Assembly (NCBI GenBank): GCA_003344405.1
Contig: NOWV01000029.1
Coordinates: 1 to 64,000 of the forward strand
Direction of reading: 5' to 3'
Origin: Trichoplax sp. H2
Taxonomy: Eukaryota
Length of the DNA: 64,000 nt
Position 1 is the first letter of the stretch. The number at the start of each line of letters is the position of its first letter. The position numbers and the translations under genes were made by a program. Shown piece after piece: positions 24,423 to 38,122 of this stretch. The notes under the pieces are model-generated. The model did not search any database and was not told where the DNA came from. It saw only the letters and a list, made by a program, of their open reading frames with translations.

Positions 24423-27400
24423 CAGACTATTGGCATCCATCATTTCAAAGTTGATAACATGACAATTCAGCGAGCAGAACTATCCACTATTTTCTCCCTG
24501 TAACGGCAGTCAGCAACCAAATGTAGTTACTTATCAAATTTAACAATCACACAAAATGTATCATTTAAAATGCGTCAAAATGATCCAGCAGACAATAAAA
24601 ACCTATATCCTAAAATATTAAAAACACATTAATATGGAGTAACTTTCGATGTTGAAAATTTTATTATTAGTCCATTGTGAATATCATTCATACCTAATGT
24701 CTTAGCCATTTAAGACGAGATCGTGATGTATTTCATCATTAAAATAACGCCATATTCGTATATATGGATAAATCATAAAGCATTAAGAGATTTAATGGGC
24801 AATCAAGTCTAAAATTTCTAAAAGTTAGTGCCAATAGAAATAAAAAAGTTCGCAACAGTAAACAATTGAATGAAGCTAGTACTACTTTTAAGCTATTCGC
24901 AGCATGACAGCGTATGGAGTATAATAGAATATAACTACTTTAAGTATAAGATTGATATTTCTAGTTCTAGAGAGTGTTAGAGCAAGTTTATAACGAATTA
25001 CGGTAATTATTAGTACTTTAATAAAGGCATTTGTTAGGTTGTTATTACTAATGTATACCTGAAACTACTATATCTTGATCGAGTTATGGTAATAAAGATA
25101 GAAAGATATACGGTACTCCGTGATGAAAATACTGAATAAAGCAACAATAGTATTGCTCCTATTTTCATCTACCGTTATCTATTAGATGATCTATACGCGT
25201 ACGTAATATAGAAGTAGTACAGGCTTAAAGAGGATTTAGGGCAAATAGATGGCCTATAACAGTAATTATTCGCTTATTACTGAAGTGAATTTTAATCGTG
25301 TTGCTACTAATTTATTCATGAAAAATTTTAATCTTAATATCCGGTTCAATTTTATAAGCAAAAACCTTAGGAGTAAATGAGCGTAGCACAGCTGCTATAA
25401 AAAATCGAATTTTTCAATAATCGTTAATAGAAAGACACATACAATATTATGAACGATATGGATACTGTACATAATTATTAAGTATTACAATTATGGAGGA
25501 CAATATAACTCACAAACAAATACAAAATTACCTCAGGTAATGAGCGAGTGCATTGCTTTTATTCAAGAATGAACTCGATTATTTAATGTGTTACGTCTGG
25601 AATCTAATCTGTAACTTCCACTATGGAATTATTTCAATGAATAATTGTTCTTTTTACGTTTGCTATTTCTTTTATTACTCAATATAGAATAAAGAGTTCA
25701 AATTCTATAGCTAGTAATTAAAATTTCATTCGATATTACTGTTTTTATCGTCTTCATCTGTTCTTTTTTCTCCGAATCATCTTACATTTCATAAACCTCG
25801 TAGTTCTGAAAGCTATGATACAAAAACATTATTTATGAATTTATAACAGAATTTATGCAAATCTGAAAGTATCCTATATTACCGTTGTAACCTTCTTTTT
25901 GGTAATAATGCTAATTATTCTAAAAGCATATATTGCCAATAGCCTTCAGAACTGCGACAGAAGGAAATTGAAAGTTATATAGGCCTACATTCATCCAATG
26001 TATCTTGTCAAAAGGTGGCATCAATAGAAAAAGCAGCACTTCTAAATAAGATCGTTGTAGTATTATTATCGAACTTTATTAGTTAATAACAATTACAATC
26101 TTTTCTGGATGGTGCATTTGTTATTGCTTTTACGACAGCAGCTTTTAATGACTTCTACTGATAAGATATTAGCAATCCTTCAACCAACGTGACCGATACT
26201 GCGACCGACATGTATGATTACTTTAAATTATTCTTAGGGACATTAAAAATTCGGATTGGACATACACATAGTTGATATAAAAGTCTTACGTACAAAAATC
26301 CTGATTATTTGAAGGTAAACAAGAAAGTTTAATAATTTACAATTACTACTTTTCTCAATATTTTTTAGTTTTATAACACGGTTTGAAAGTAGCCTTAGGA
26401 GAAAGCATATGCCTCAATCGGAGATAAAAAAAATCAAAAGATCATGTTATATTACTAATACAGAGATAGTTTACAGGATCTAAAACCTTCAAGGCCTGAA
26501 ATAATCGAAATTTCATAGCTGAGACAAAGATCTAGTTAGACTCTTATTTTACTTTCATATTACCCAACTCGTACCCAACAATTATGCTCTATTGCAAGCT
26601 GCTCTCGTAAATAATGATTATGTAAAGCGTTTCGAATTTCTAAGTTTCACTAGTAACTAATGCTCGAATTATAGTTTGAAACAGCTGCATTAGTTTGCCA
26701 TCATGTAGACACACTTCAGAAGTCATTTTATTGTTAACTCTATACCAATTAGTTAATAAACGATTTACTACTACTGTATTCTCCTAGAACTACGGAAAAA
26801 AATTTAATGATAAGCAATCAATAAAGACTGAGTACTTAGTAGGATTTGCTTTGCAGAAATCTATCGATACATATGTACTTAGCTGTTATTCTTCTATCGA
26901 CGGTTTCATATTTGCACTGTAACAGACATATAAATCACTCTGGTAATGGCAGTACTGTAATGGGTGAATGAATTATCTGAGATTGATCAAATTTACACTT
27001 TAGTTGAATAGGTATTTTTTAGCATTCATATTACTGATATAGTTTATACGTGCATATAATATTTAGTCTTTTTAAAAGAAGTGAAATATGATCATCATTA
27101 AGAATATTAATGATTGTGCTTTTGTCATTAGTCCAATTCTTTGTTAATGATTCCATGTCAAGCACAATTTCAGTATTCTAGTTGAACAAAAGGGTAAAAT
27201 CTATTAACCTACTGCATATACTTATATCACGTAACAGTATGAAACTCGTAATAGAATAATTAGAGGTAAACGAATAATTTTTATAATTAACATAGTTTAT
27301 AGACCTTAAAAGTATGATGTATCTAATTTTTGCTTATCTCCTACTTTTTTTTATTAATTATTTATTGATATGGTCAGAGGCTTTGTAAATTACCTTTCTG

Positions 27401-27574
27401 TACCCATTTGATATGATCACGGTGGTATAATGTAGAGTTTATATGGTGGGTTAATAATATTATTAATCAACGTAACGATATATCGGTAACTTGCCTCCTT
27501 CTTAGTATTAATGAATACAAAAAATTCTGGTATATGTACATACGGATGTATTGCATGCTATAATTCAATATAGT

Positions 27575-28470
27575 GGTAACTTGCCGTTTCCTTAGCTCTT
27601 AATACTTTGCATGAATACCTATACACTCGTATAGCCTTATTCTTGGCTTAATTACTTTCCATTATTGTATAGGGCTAGTACTGATGTACCATTGATATTT
27701 CTAAATTTATTCGTATGCATGTACATTGTACACTTTACAGTCAGCCCATAAATGCTTAGAAACTATTACGCAAAGAGAGCGGTAATCCTATCAAATTAAA
27801 TTTAATGATTGTAAGTTAGATTTTACGGATTTAGACGAGCCCTTAACTCGTATTGAATCATCGTATGAGCATACACCTATAACCTGCTCTTGATACTTTT
27901 GCGTAAATGGCTTCATTTGCCTTCATTTTTGGCTTGATTCTCTTAATATTACTGCACAATAGTGCTAAGAACTATATAGCATTGATAATCATAAATAAAT
28001 TTATCTATATTCACGTACATGCGAATTAGTCCATAAAGGCTAAGAAAATACTACAAAGGACGAGTAAAAATTTTATCAAATTGAATATATTTCACATAAG
28101 TTTGATTTACAGATTTACAAGTATTAGCTAATCGCATGAGGAATAATTAACTCCCATACATTAACTTATATAGCATCTTATATATAATGGATCCCCATTC
28201 ACATTCATGGAAAAATTTTTAGGATAAATATTAGAATTTACTAATGATTATCAGGTTAAGGTTAGGAACACCTAAGCTACGCCATTTAAAAAATTTAAAC
28301 AGTTTGAGTTTGACTTTAAAAATTTTAACCACGTTGAAATGCAAGCTGGGCCCCCGCGGGGATCCATTTTATGCTTTAATCAATTAATTTATAGTATACC
28401 GCATATCTATAACTAGCTAGTGATACTTTAAATGGACGGCTTCCCTTGGCCTTATTCTTGGCCTCATTCC
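27575..28470. repeat. Old degenerate tandem duplication (about 290 bp unit, two copies plus a partial third)
   Basis: Colinear shared blocks 'atacttt..ttggctt..cattgata..aaatttat..ccataaa..tatcaaatt..taagtt' at about 27600-27840 and 27890-28125; partial copy near 28420. Confidence 0.55.
28182..28372. mobile_element. MITE-like element, about 190 bp
   Basis: Perfect 11-bp inverted ends AATGGATCCCC (28186-28196) and GGGGATCCATT (28358-28368), weaker inner inverted similarity, and a central ggttaaggttagg core. Confidence 0.55.
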
Positions 28471-28617
28471 TTCTTATCCATGAATTGCAAAGACCGTATA
28501 TTCTTGTAATGGTTTGCATAGATTAAAGTATGTTAGTGGGTCGTGGCTGATGAAAGGGTGAAGTAACTATGCTAGTATAACTTATGTATTTTTGTGAAAT
28601 TGTTGTTCTGGAGGGGC

Positions 28618-28922
28618 TAAGAGTAATTATCAGGTTTATCTTTGCCGTTTTCGACTGTTATATTGAGGGAGGAAACGTAAGATCTCTTAACGGAGCTGCC
28701 AGATGGAAAGACATAGCGAGTTAAATAAACTTGAGCGTTTGCTCTCCAATTGAAGGTTTGTTACCGATAGGTTAAGAGTAATTATCCGGTTTGTCTTTGC
28801 CGTTTTCGACTGTTATATTGAGAGAAGAAAAGCAAGATCTCTTGACGGACTCGCAAGATGGAAAGACATCGCGAGTTAAATAAACTTCAGCGTTTGCTCT
28901 CGAATTGAAGGTTTGTTACCTA
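28618..28922. repeat. Tandem duplication, 155-bp period, 2 copies
   Basis: Copies begin taagagtaattatc at 28618 and 28773 and align without gaps with scattered substitutions. Confidence 0.92.
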
Positions 28923-29830
28923 TTCTTGAGGAAGAGGCGTTTCGACGCAATGAAGGACCGAAGTAGTAGTAGCAGTGAGGCTATTACAATCCTATTAATA
29001 CTCAAGACAATTAGTTTATATTTTAAGTTGTATACTGCAATTATCTGAAGCAATAATATATAGAACGATTTAATTAATCTCTATTTATTTCCCAGATCTG
29101 TGCGGTAACCCGCCATCATACAAACTAATATGCTTGTCTGTAGATTGTACAGTAGTGTATAGTAGATGCATCAAGAAAGGACACTTTCACAGACGGACAG
29201 ACTTTCTGTATTCAACGAGACTGAGAATATCGAAAAATAAGTTACTTAGTATGGAATCCATGAAGAAAAATGGGCACACAAGATCCGTAGTAATGACTTT
29301 TACTAATTCAAGAACATTTACGACGTTATAGAACTGCTTACAAGCAGAACTTAGTAAAAGAATAGATTTCAATCTAATACTACTTCATTTCGAAAAATAA
29401 GCCAATTATAGAATCGATCATTCGCTTAATAACATGATCACCAATAGAAGTGTTGGGAAATTGGAACAGTATTCAAAGGATATAACTAACATGAGGCTGA
29501 AATGTCCGACCGTCCGAGCCTAGGGGGTAATCCAGTCTAGTCAGGGCCTGCCCCTGACCTTAGTGCTGTTGCCCATGGTTAGACTAGACCCTGGGTTTGA
29601 CCGTAGGAAAGCCTTTTCGGTTACCATAGTCACCCTTTTCCGATTGCTTGTTAAAGCGTTTTGACTGTGTAGTTCGGTACTGTTCTAAACCATAGGTAGT
29701 AGAATATACAGTGGGGAGGTTAAATCTCATCTGGGCTTCCACTGCTAAACTCTTCTTGCTGCCTACGGGTTCTGCAGACCTTTCTCCATCTTGTCTAAAA
29801 TTAAGTGTAGACAACTCTTCCTTGACCAAC

Positions 29831-32077
29831 ATGGGTGATAGTGAACTTGAGCAAATCCGTGCTAAACGCATGGCAGAACTCCAAGGACAATATCCGGTAA
29901 TTCAAGTCATAATCATTTATTTATTAGACGAATACACATCATGAATAAAGCTGCTTTAAAAAATGGCGTGTCGTTCCTACTGACAGTATTGGTGCAGGCG
30001 ATGGCAGTTAAAATGATCGTGACTCGATAACAAAGTTGTAATTGGACTAGTGATTGGTGATACAAGGAGGTTAATCTTACTGACTTTCTTTTACTCTTTT
30101 TTCTACTTTACTTACAGCAAGGTAATCTCGATAGGCAACAACAGGAACAGCAAGTAAAAGCGAGGTACTGAAATAGAATCCTATCCTACTTTTTATCGCG
30201 CTGACGGAAACCTAAATGATCGCTAATTTCGTAGATTGTATACACCCAGTTTACGACCCCCGTATTGCGAGCATGGATTGTTTGCCATGCAAGACTTTGC
30301 TTATGGTAGATTATAGAGCTACGAGTGGCCACCATCAGGGGTTAAACAATCTGCAAAAAATCTTCACAAATTTAGCAACGTTGTATTAACAACTCACTAC
30401 TGTGTTACAACATATCTCTTTAAATACTACACAAGTGCTATACATATTGCTACTATTTAGTACTTACAGTGCAAACTGTATTATGTCTACTTTTCATGTT
30501 TTGACTTGAAAATCCATGGTTATCGTAACCTTAATGTTGATCACTATCGATACTAGCCTTTACGACTGTTAGACTAGATTACATCCGTAACGACTAGTAG
30601 TAGTCCCTGATAACGCGCTACTGTATACTTCAAGAAGGCTACCTACAGTATGTACATATGCCATTTTTTTCTTTTCAATCATATAATTTTACCTTCTCCA
30701 ATTTATTCTAGCTAGTCTTAACACGTCTATTCAAGACTACATGTACATCTTTCTTTTTAATCGTACAATTCACCTTCTTGAATCAATTCTAACCTAGTGT
30801 AAACACGTACTATAACATCGCTCGTTAATGATGCATTGAAATATTGGAAGACACTTAATTACAATTGTAATGGATAATTTTCATATGTAATCTAAAATGT
30901 AGAATTAAATTTATTTGATAGGGAAGCGGAAGCGAAGAACAGCATTTTATCGCAAATTCTAGCTCAGGATGCAAGAACAAGATGTTTGTATATGCTTGCA
31001 TAATACGATTATACAAATCATGAAAAAGGAGCATTTCTTTATGATATTTTCGTCTTATCTAGTGTTATCACTCTAATTTAAGTAATTACAAATAGAAAGA
31101 ATCTGCTATAGATATCGTAATATTGTGCATAATTGAAGGAATAATATTTATGTAATTTTAATTGTTAGTGAATAGTATCGCGTTAGTAAAGCCCGAGAAA
31201 GCGTCAATGATTGAAAATATGTTGATAAATATGGCAAAAACTGGACAACTTGGCGGCAAGGTGATAATTAATCAACTAATAATATTGCGTAGCAAGTGAT
31301 TACAGTACACAAAGTCGTTTTTAAAATAGAGATTTATCAACTATGGCTTTAGATATTCCCATCATTTTCCTGATAACCCTATCTGCTATGTTACTGTTCT
31401 TCTTATAAAGTGTTGGGCGCCAGTATCTTAACTTAGCCCCTTGAGTGACATTAGTAAGCGATTAAATTTACCTGTCCGTTTTATCGCAGGTCAGTGAAGC
31501 GCAACTGATTAAATTACTAGAAGAAGTCAACTCAAAAACTCAAAAAAGGACTACCGTAAAGGTAATTTATAAAATTGTATTAAAAAAAATTGTGAATCCG
31601 ATATTAGTGATTTCTTGGATCGAAATACTGTAGGATGAATATCTTAAAAAGGATACTGTATCACACCCGTGTGAATATTTGGATGTAAATAGAGTTTTAT
31701 TAATAACAATATGTAATCATCCAAATAATCTTCACGACGTTATAGTTATATACGGTATACTAAAAGAATTAATTACTGAACTTAAAACTCATCATGCCTC
31801 AATGTTATGTCAATCACTTATTCCAAAATGGACACTTTATTGGCAGCATAGCTCTGTACACGTATATAACAATTTGCATAGCTTAAGATTCACCATTTTT
31901 TTCTATAAGCTAAAATGTTCTTGTACTTAAAATTTCCTAGTTGGGCATATGTTATTAAAATTCAGATACATCTTATCTCTAGCTTTTAAATAAAGAATAT
32001 TCCTAATGCTTTTTATTCTTATATTTTATCTCTTATAGTTCGATCGACGACGCCATAATCTTGATGATTCGGACTAA
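29831..32077 (+). CDS. PDCD5: Programmed cell death protein 5, 125 aa, 6 exons
   Basis: Exons 29831-29896, 30118-30164, 30922-30983, 31169-31260, 31490-31561 and 32039-32077 join in frame: MGDSELEQIRAKRMAELQ..KNSILSQILAQDARTRLNSIALVKPEKA..GQLGGKVSEAQLIKLLEEV..TTVKFDRRR..DDSD. Confidence 0.95.
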
Positions 32078-32782
32078 GTGACGTGTACTCCTGTTCAACT
32101 AGTAATTTAATACGTAAAATTTCTTCGTCGTTGTAACGTTCTATGAAAGTTCTGTTTTGACGGCTGCTGTAAGTGATTTCTGATCAAGAGAAATTTAGCT
32201 CCTTCAGTATTTCCATGGAATACATTCGATGTAATTTTCTGACTATTTGTGTGCACGTCTACAATTACTAATTTGTCGTCGTAGATCATTTGATAGCAGT
32301 AAAAATTTTGTAAGTCATAACCCAATATCTATGCCATAGTTCTTAGTTTAGGTATGCTTCTAACATTATGGTCAAGCGTATTGTATAATCTAAAGCCTAT
32401 AGAAATGTATATACAATTTATAGTAATATATATTTATAGATAACTGCTTTCTTGTACACCCTTGATCGAAAAATCTGGTTGTCTTTCAAAATTTTAATTG
32501 TTTAATTTGTGGAATAAATCAATTGAAATCTAGCCTTTCCAATGTCTGCGTATAATTAGACTAATTGCTGCGTCTTAGAATGATCGATATGTAAGCCGGT
32601 CAGTATCCTCATCCAATCTTACAATAAGCAATACTATGTAATTTAAATAACACAAATTTATTACCAAAATATCGTGACCAATTATAAATCTTTTAAATCT
32701 GTATATTTAATACAAAATTCCAATATTACAAATAGGATCAATCCTCCTGACACCGTATGAATTATAACATTTTCCGATACTA

Positions 32783-35700
32783 TTAATCGGAATGTGGTTT
32801 ACTTTCTTTGTCTTCGTATGACATGCCAAATTCGTTTACCCTACTCTTATCGACAGGATATAACCTAATAGAGGAATGAGTATCAACTATTAATTTATTA
32901 GTATCATACATCAATAATTTCAGATATATTCTCCTAGGACCAGAGATAGAATAATGATAATTTACTTAACTATCATATAATGATATTACTGTAGTTGGGC
33001 GGAATTACAGCATGAAAAAAAAATCGAATTACTTACCACCTTTGATACAAATAGATTAGAAATACAAAATCATCTCGAAATACTGCTAAACGATGGGATG
33101 TTGGCATGATAATTATGAATGCAAAAACGTCGTCAATAAAAGTATTGAAGGCCTAAGATATGAATTCAGGGGAAAGGTAATGCATTAGCAATTCTTAATA
33201 TCCGCAGTCTTACTCATGCAGATATCTAATTTAACATACCTTGTACATAAATGCTCTCCAAGGAAGATGAGCAACAGACTTTAACTAGTATTATCAATAC
33301 AGAAAGAAATATTATATCGCTAATATATAAGGGTTAAAATACAAGCAATTAAGACCTGCATTATAAACTATTAACCTTGTAATTAATAAACAGTTGTGGC
33401 AGCATAAACAGAAATCCAAAAGCGTAGATTCCTTAAAGATTATAATCAGTCAGTGTAGTCATACTAAAGATATATGTACTGCAATAAATTATGCACACGT
33501 TATCTATCATTCGTGTATAGTAACAAACCGTTTACGAGACTGTGAAGAATCCATGAATACCAACTTTGATACAATCGATAAAAATGAATAAGTTTTCCGA
33601 TTAGAATAACGTATAATTCCGTATAGTAAAAGATTAAGCAAACTCTTGAAATTATAAAGATAATACCGTATAAAAATTTTTAACTTAATTAATTTTAAAG
33701 TCTTACCTTTTGTAGGAATTATAGATTAAGCAATATATTGCTCCAATCAAAACCAACGGATAAAGAAAATATGATAGATATCTTATCGCCTAGCAGTGAT
33801 AATTCAGAATTGCTATCTAAACCTTAACGTCACCATTGATTAAGATATAACTATCTAAAAATGCAATTTAAGGCATTGGTACCTCTAAATCATAAGATTC
33901 CGATTCCTGTTCAGCTTTAGAACGTTGACCAAACTGTAATATCGGTATAATAACATATTAAACAACCTGATATGACATTCTAAATTACAGTAATAACGTA
34001 GCTAATTCACATAATACGTAGGATACTAAAATCATGTACAAAATATTATTTCTGTATTAGGAACAATGTTATGTACTTGAATTGATGGCAACCAATGTTC
34101 AGGTTTCCTTTCCAATGTTACTTTGAAGACTTTAGCTAATTTCCAAATCTAACATAAAAGAAATTTAAAGGGTTACTAATCTGCTTCACGATTCAACATG
34201 AATTTATTGCAAATTTAAATGAAGCTAACCTCGATAATTGTAGAAATCCCTAATGGTACTATGACTAAATAACTAGCATCTTCATCCAAGAGGTATAGAA
34301 AGATAACGCTATAGCTAAAACTATGCCATATTACTATAATAACCAAACATAATACAAACATTAAAAAGGAGTATAGGTTTCATTTTTAAATTTAAATATA
34401 TAAGTGCATATAGCTATTATTTTCACCATTACTATTTAACCAATTAATTAAATAGATCTATCGAGCTACCTGTCGTAGGAGAGAGACCTGCAGTCGTTTT
34501 TCTTCCTTTCCAAAAATTAACGTCGTTCTTAAATGCCAAAAAGTCCAATAAAACCTAATTAAAGAAAGGCTATTGATTAATTCTACGTTTATTGTATACA
34601 TAAATGAAACAAATATTCTACAGTCATCTTACATGAACTAATGATATCACGAACGTTAAAAGAAGGAGTTTTAAATTGCCACTCGAGAATATACCTTTCA
34701 CTTTATCAATATCATTATCAGAAAATCCTGAAACAATAATCAATTAATTGGTATGGCATTGTAATCGATTTATCGCATGAATTACACTGCTAATCGTTTC
34801 TAACAAAATACAGCTGTGAAATGTAGCACTATCACTTTACCAAGTTTGCGAATTAGTTTCATTGATTCTTCCATAGAGACCCAAAATCTTAACGCACCGA
34901 CTGAAATTGGTTGATAATCGATACGCAAAACTTTTACAGTAGTATTGACATCGATAACTTCCGCCTGACGCAAAGTCTGGCTCATTTCCGTTACGTGCAA
35001 GAATGGCAGATATTGATCACCATTAGTTAGCCTTAGTTCAAAAAGAAAAGATAATTTGTAATATCAAGTGATTAATTCTTCCGATAAGCATGTCCACTTA
35101 TCAAGCTATTAACTGTCCGATCCTATTCTCAGATAATCATTTGAAATTAGCTATATTAAGCAAGGGCTACCTTAATAAACTGAATATTTCTGCTGGAAAT
35201 TGTTTCATATCAAACAGAAACTTTTCTGTCATTAATCTGACACTAACGGTTTTCTTCCAATGAGATTTAGGGCGATTTAAAGTCTGTAAAATAATTAATG
35301 GAGATGAACACTTATAGATACATCAGTAGCAAAATTAGCAGCTATACCCGTATGCTTCGGTCAATACGATATGAGTATGTAAAACTTAAGTAATAAACTA
35401 CCACGAGTAATATCCTTATTGTTATGTAACACTTTAGAGATTGTAGCCTACCCTATTTTGAATACTGCTAGATAATAAATGTTGAGTATCAGCTTTAGGT
35501 ATTGCATATCGAGTGAGCGGGGCAATCGTATAAGCAAGACTGTGGCCATCAATCATTTGAAGATACGGATAGATAACAATGTGAGCAAATAAAGTTCCAT
35601 TTTTAACCACAGCAGATGGCAAGGTTACATTAACAGACCTATTGTAGAAATAGCAATTACAGATTTAATCGATTAATGCTAGATTAGTCATGTACATGTT

Positions 35701-37023
35701 CCTAGATTAGGGTGATCGGTGTCAACATAACATCGGTAATTGTTATTTGTAATGCATATGCATTGTACAGTATAGCCAATAAATATTGAACTATTCATAT
35801 ATGTATAACCATCTATACGTACAATAAAGATATTCCAAAACTGATGAGTCCTAAGTACGTATGTTAGGATAAAAGAAGCTAATTCATTGGTACATTCCTT
35901 ACTTACTTTGTAAAAGCTTTATGATAATGAAAATCTTCTTCTGTATATATTGATGATAATTTTCTAATTGATTGCTTTGTTGACTTGACAGAGGTGTAAA
36001 TCTGCAACTATTATAGAAATAGTTTCGAAAATCTGAATGGATAGAAAGAAACGTCTATTCCGTTTGTTATTATTAAAGAAATATTTCTTAGATCTCTTTG
36101 ATCATTATAAAATGACGGAAAAGAATGTGTGGTTCCTATGCTCAAGTTTATCAGTTGCATCGATAATGAAATTCACTGTAACTAAGACATATAACTAAGA
36201 CAGGGAGTTATAAAGTTATGAAAACAGATGAAATTAAATCTCGATATAACTGTAGCTTAATCCATAAATTTAGTAACAGAGCAGCATACAGTATCAGGGG
36301 CTTTTTCAACTTTGGATAGTGCATAAAATGTAACAATATCTACCGTAACGTAGCCCGAAGCTCTACCCATGTACAGTATTCATCTTGCTCAAATATACTG
36401 GCATAGTCTATGCAACGACATTATACTTAGATTGTAAGAATATCAGACAGTGCGCGATTGTCATTATCCTAGTAATGGCTTAATTGCAAATACATGGTAT
36501 TTTGTAACATGTAAACTGCTACTATTGTATCCATAAATTAAATGAATGACTTTGGTTAAGAGCTACTAGAATCTCTGAGGTTCTAGAAGCCTATGCCTTA
36601 GTATACATTCGTAACATTTTCTCTTCTTATGACGACAGTATTAGCATCATTGCATTGTGACTGCATAACCATAACGGTCAGTGCATGATTTAGGCGTAGC
36701 AACGTACAGAAAGGCATGCTCGATCAGCTAATCCATTAGCAATACTCTACATTGGAAAAGCTGCTGCTGCAGTAATATTAAAACTGAACACTTTGTTCTT
36801 TCTGTTTCGATCTACGAGTGACAGTGATGTAATAAGAGCGATCGATTGATCTTACTGATAGTTTGGCATCGTCTTTCAAAAACGGCCTCAGACAATTATT
36901 TTCATTCTTGGCAACTATAGAACATTGCTGAGGGTAAAATAATAAGTATAAGGCATAAAAATTATAAACCATGTACGATAGGAAAACAACGACTGTTGCA
37001 CGTCCACAAGTTAGCCATGCCAT
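32783..37023 (-). CDS. CLPTM1L: CLPTM1-like protein (ER lipid scramblase), about 16 exons
   Basis: First exon 37023-36856 (MAWLTCGR..). Later exons give KNGTLFAH, HWKKTVSV, FLAFKNDVNFW, SWYSWILHSLVNGIYAFGFLFMLPQLFINYKLKSVAHLPWRAFMYKAFNTFIDDVFAFII and the C-terminal WLYPVDKSRVNEFGMSYED. Stop codon at 32785-32783. Confidence 0.93.
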
Positions 37024-38094
37024 ATCTTCTCGATGAATTAAGCTGATCGATGACTTGCTCCACAGAACGTAAATAAATTCTACTTTAGAATGGAGCTGCA
37101 GCCAGTTGCTGTAGTAACGCTGGGCATGGTCAACTTTAGTAGTAGCCTCTAGTACGTACTTCTGTACGTCTGTATAAATCGTTACCATTACACCAGTACT
37201 GTACTTAGCACAGTCAGGGACTTGGAAGACTAATACAGTCTTCCAAATCCCTAGTACAGTATAGTACAGTATAGTAGTTAAGACCTGCCTTGTACAGTAG
37301 TCCGTTTCCATGGCTAATCCGATAGAGTATATCTATGGCTCAGTAGCAGTCAGACAAGATGGTAGATGCCACACTAATTAGAGATGTTAGAAGGAGAAAC
37401 CAAAACCAATAAAATCAACTGTAACAGTAAAATATGCAGGCAGAAACACTAGCTTTGCATATAGTGTTGGCAGCGTCCATACGAGGCCATCAGAAATGGC
37501 TCAAAAATGGCCATTAGTACTTTAGTCCCTGGGCGAGGCCTTGTATTTTGACACGATTGACGAAAGTCATGTCACCACTAGGATAATTTCATTCAGCCTG
37601 GCCCTCTTAGTACGGTACCTGTCGTAGTGACACTATTTTTGCAGGCGATTGGCACTGATGAGAATACTCATGTACGCAGTACAATATTATACTGGAATAC
37701 CGTGTTTGAGTGTACTACCTGTGCTGAATCATTGGCTAGCATAAATAATGTCGCTATGCCAGCCTCTCGGACCGGACTGCTGGCGTGAGTCCACGGCCTA
37801 TCGCTATCAGGTGACATTATTTGTCTTTATTATCATACTGTATACTGTATGCTGCGTAGAATATCTAGCGCCCCTAGGTCAGAGATTATAATTTTGTTCG
37901 ATGAGTCGGTGACCTAGTCTGTACGTCTGTACTGTAGTCCGTAGTACAATCCACAGGCTAGATAGTCTATGCAAATTCTTGTAATCCACTCTAGTATATA
38001 TCCCACTGCTGTACGTACTGAATGCGTACGAATATTGATGGCCAGTACTCTAGCCGGATAGCATCGTTTCTTTTTAATTCCTCAGTAAAATTCA

Positions 38095-38122
38095 ATGGCG
38101 GGTTTTCAAATCCACCCGCCAT
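38095..38122. promoter_or_regulatory. Palindromic CDE/E2F-CHR composite site at the CEP192 5' end
   Basis: ATGGCGGGT-TTTCAAATCC-ACCCGCCAT. The minus strand reads GGCGGG-N4-TTTGAA; the plus strand reads TGGCGG-N3-TTCAAA. Confidence 0.55.

Noticed and set aside
25740..26215. Exon-like minus-strand fragments downstream of the insulin-like gene
   Set aside because: Interrupted by stops in every frame tried, with no recognisable homology.
28540..28980. Possible hammerhead ribozyme (CTGATGA near 28548; GAAAC on the minus strand near 28940)
   Set aside because: The core motifs are on opposite strands and the required stems could not be formed.
36778..37311. 177-aa ORF as a standalone gene
   Set aside because: Only 37023-36856 fits CLPTM1L exon 1. 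The upstream part translates a TACTG-rich tract and the downstream part is intron.
37304..37317. X-box-like GTTTCCATGGCTAA between CLPTM1L and CEP192
   Set aside because: The 3' half-site deviates from RGYAAC, so it is too weak to call.
37865..37880. CTCF-like GCGCCCCTAG
   Set aside because: It is one base short of the core and the flanks do not match; CTCF is also not expected if this is a non-bilaterian genome.
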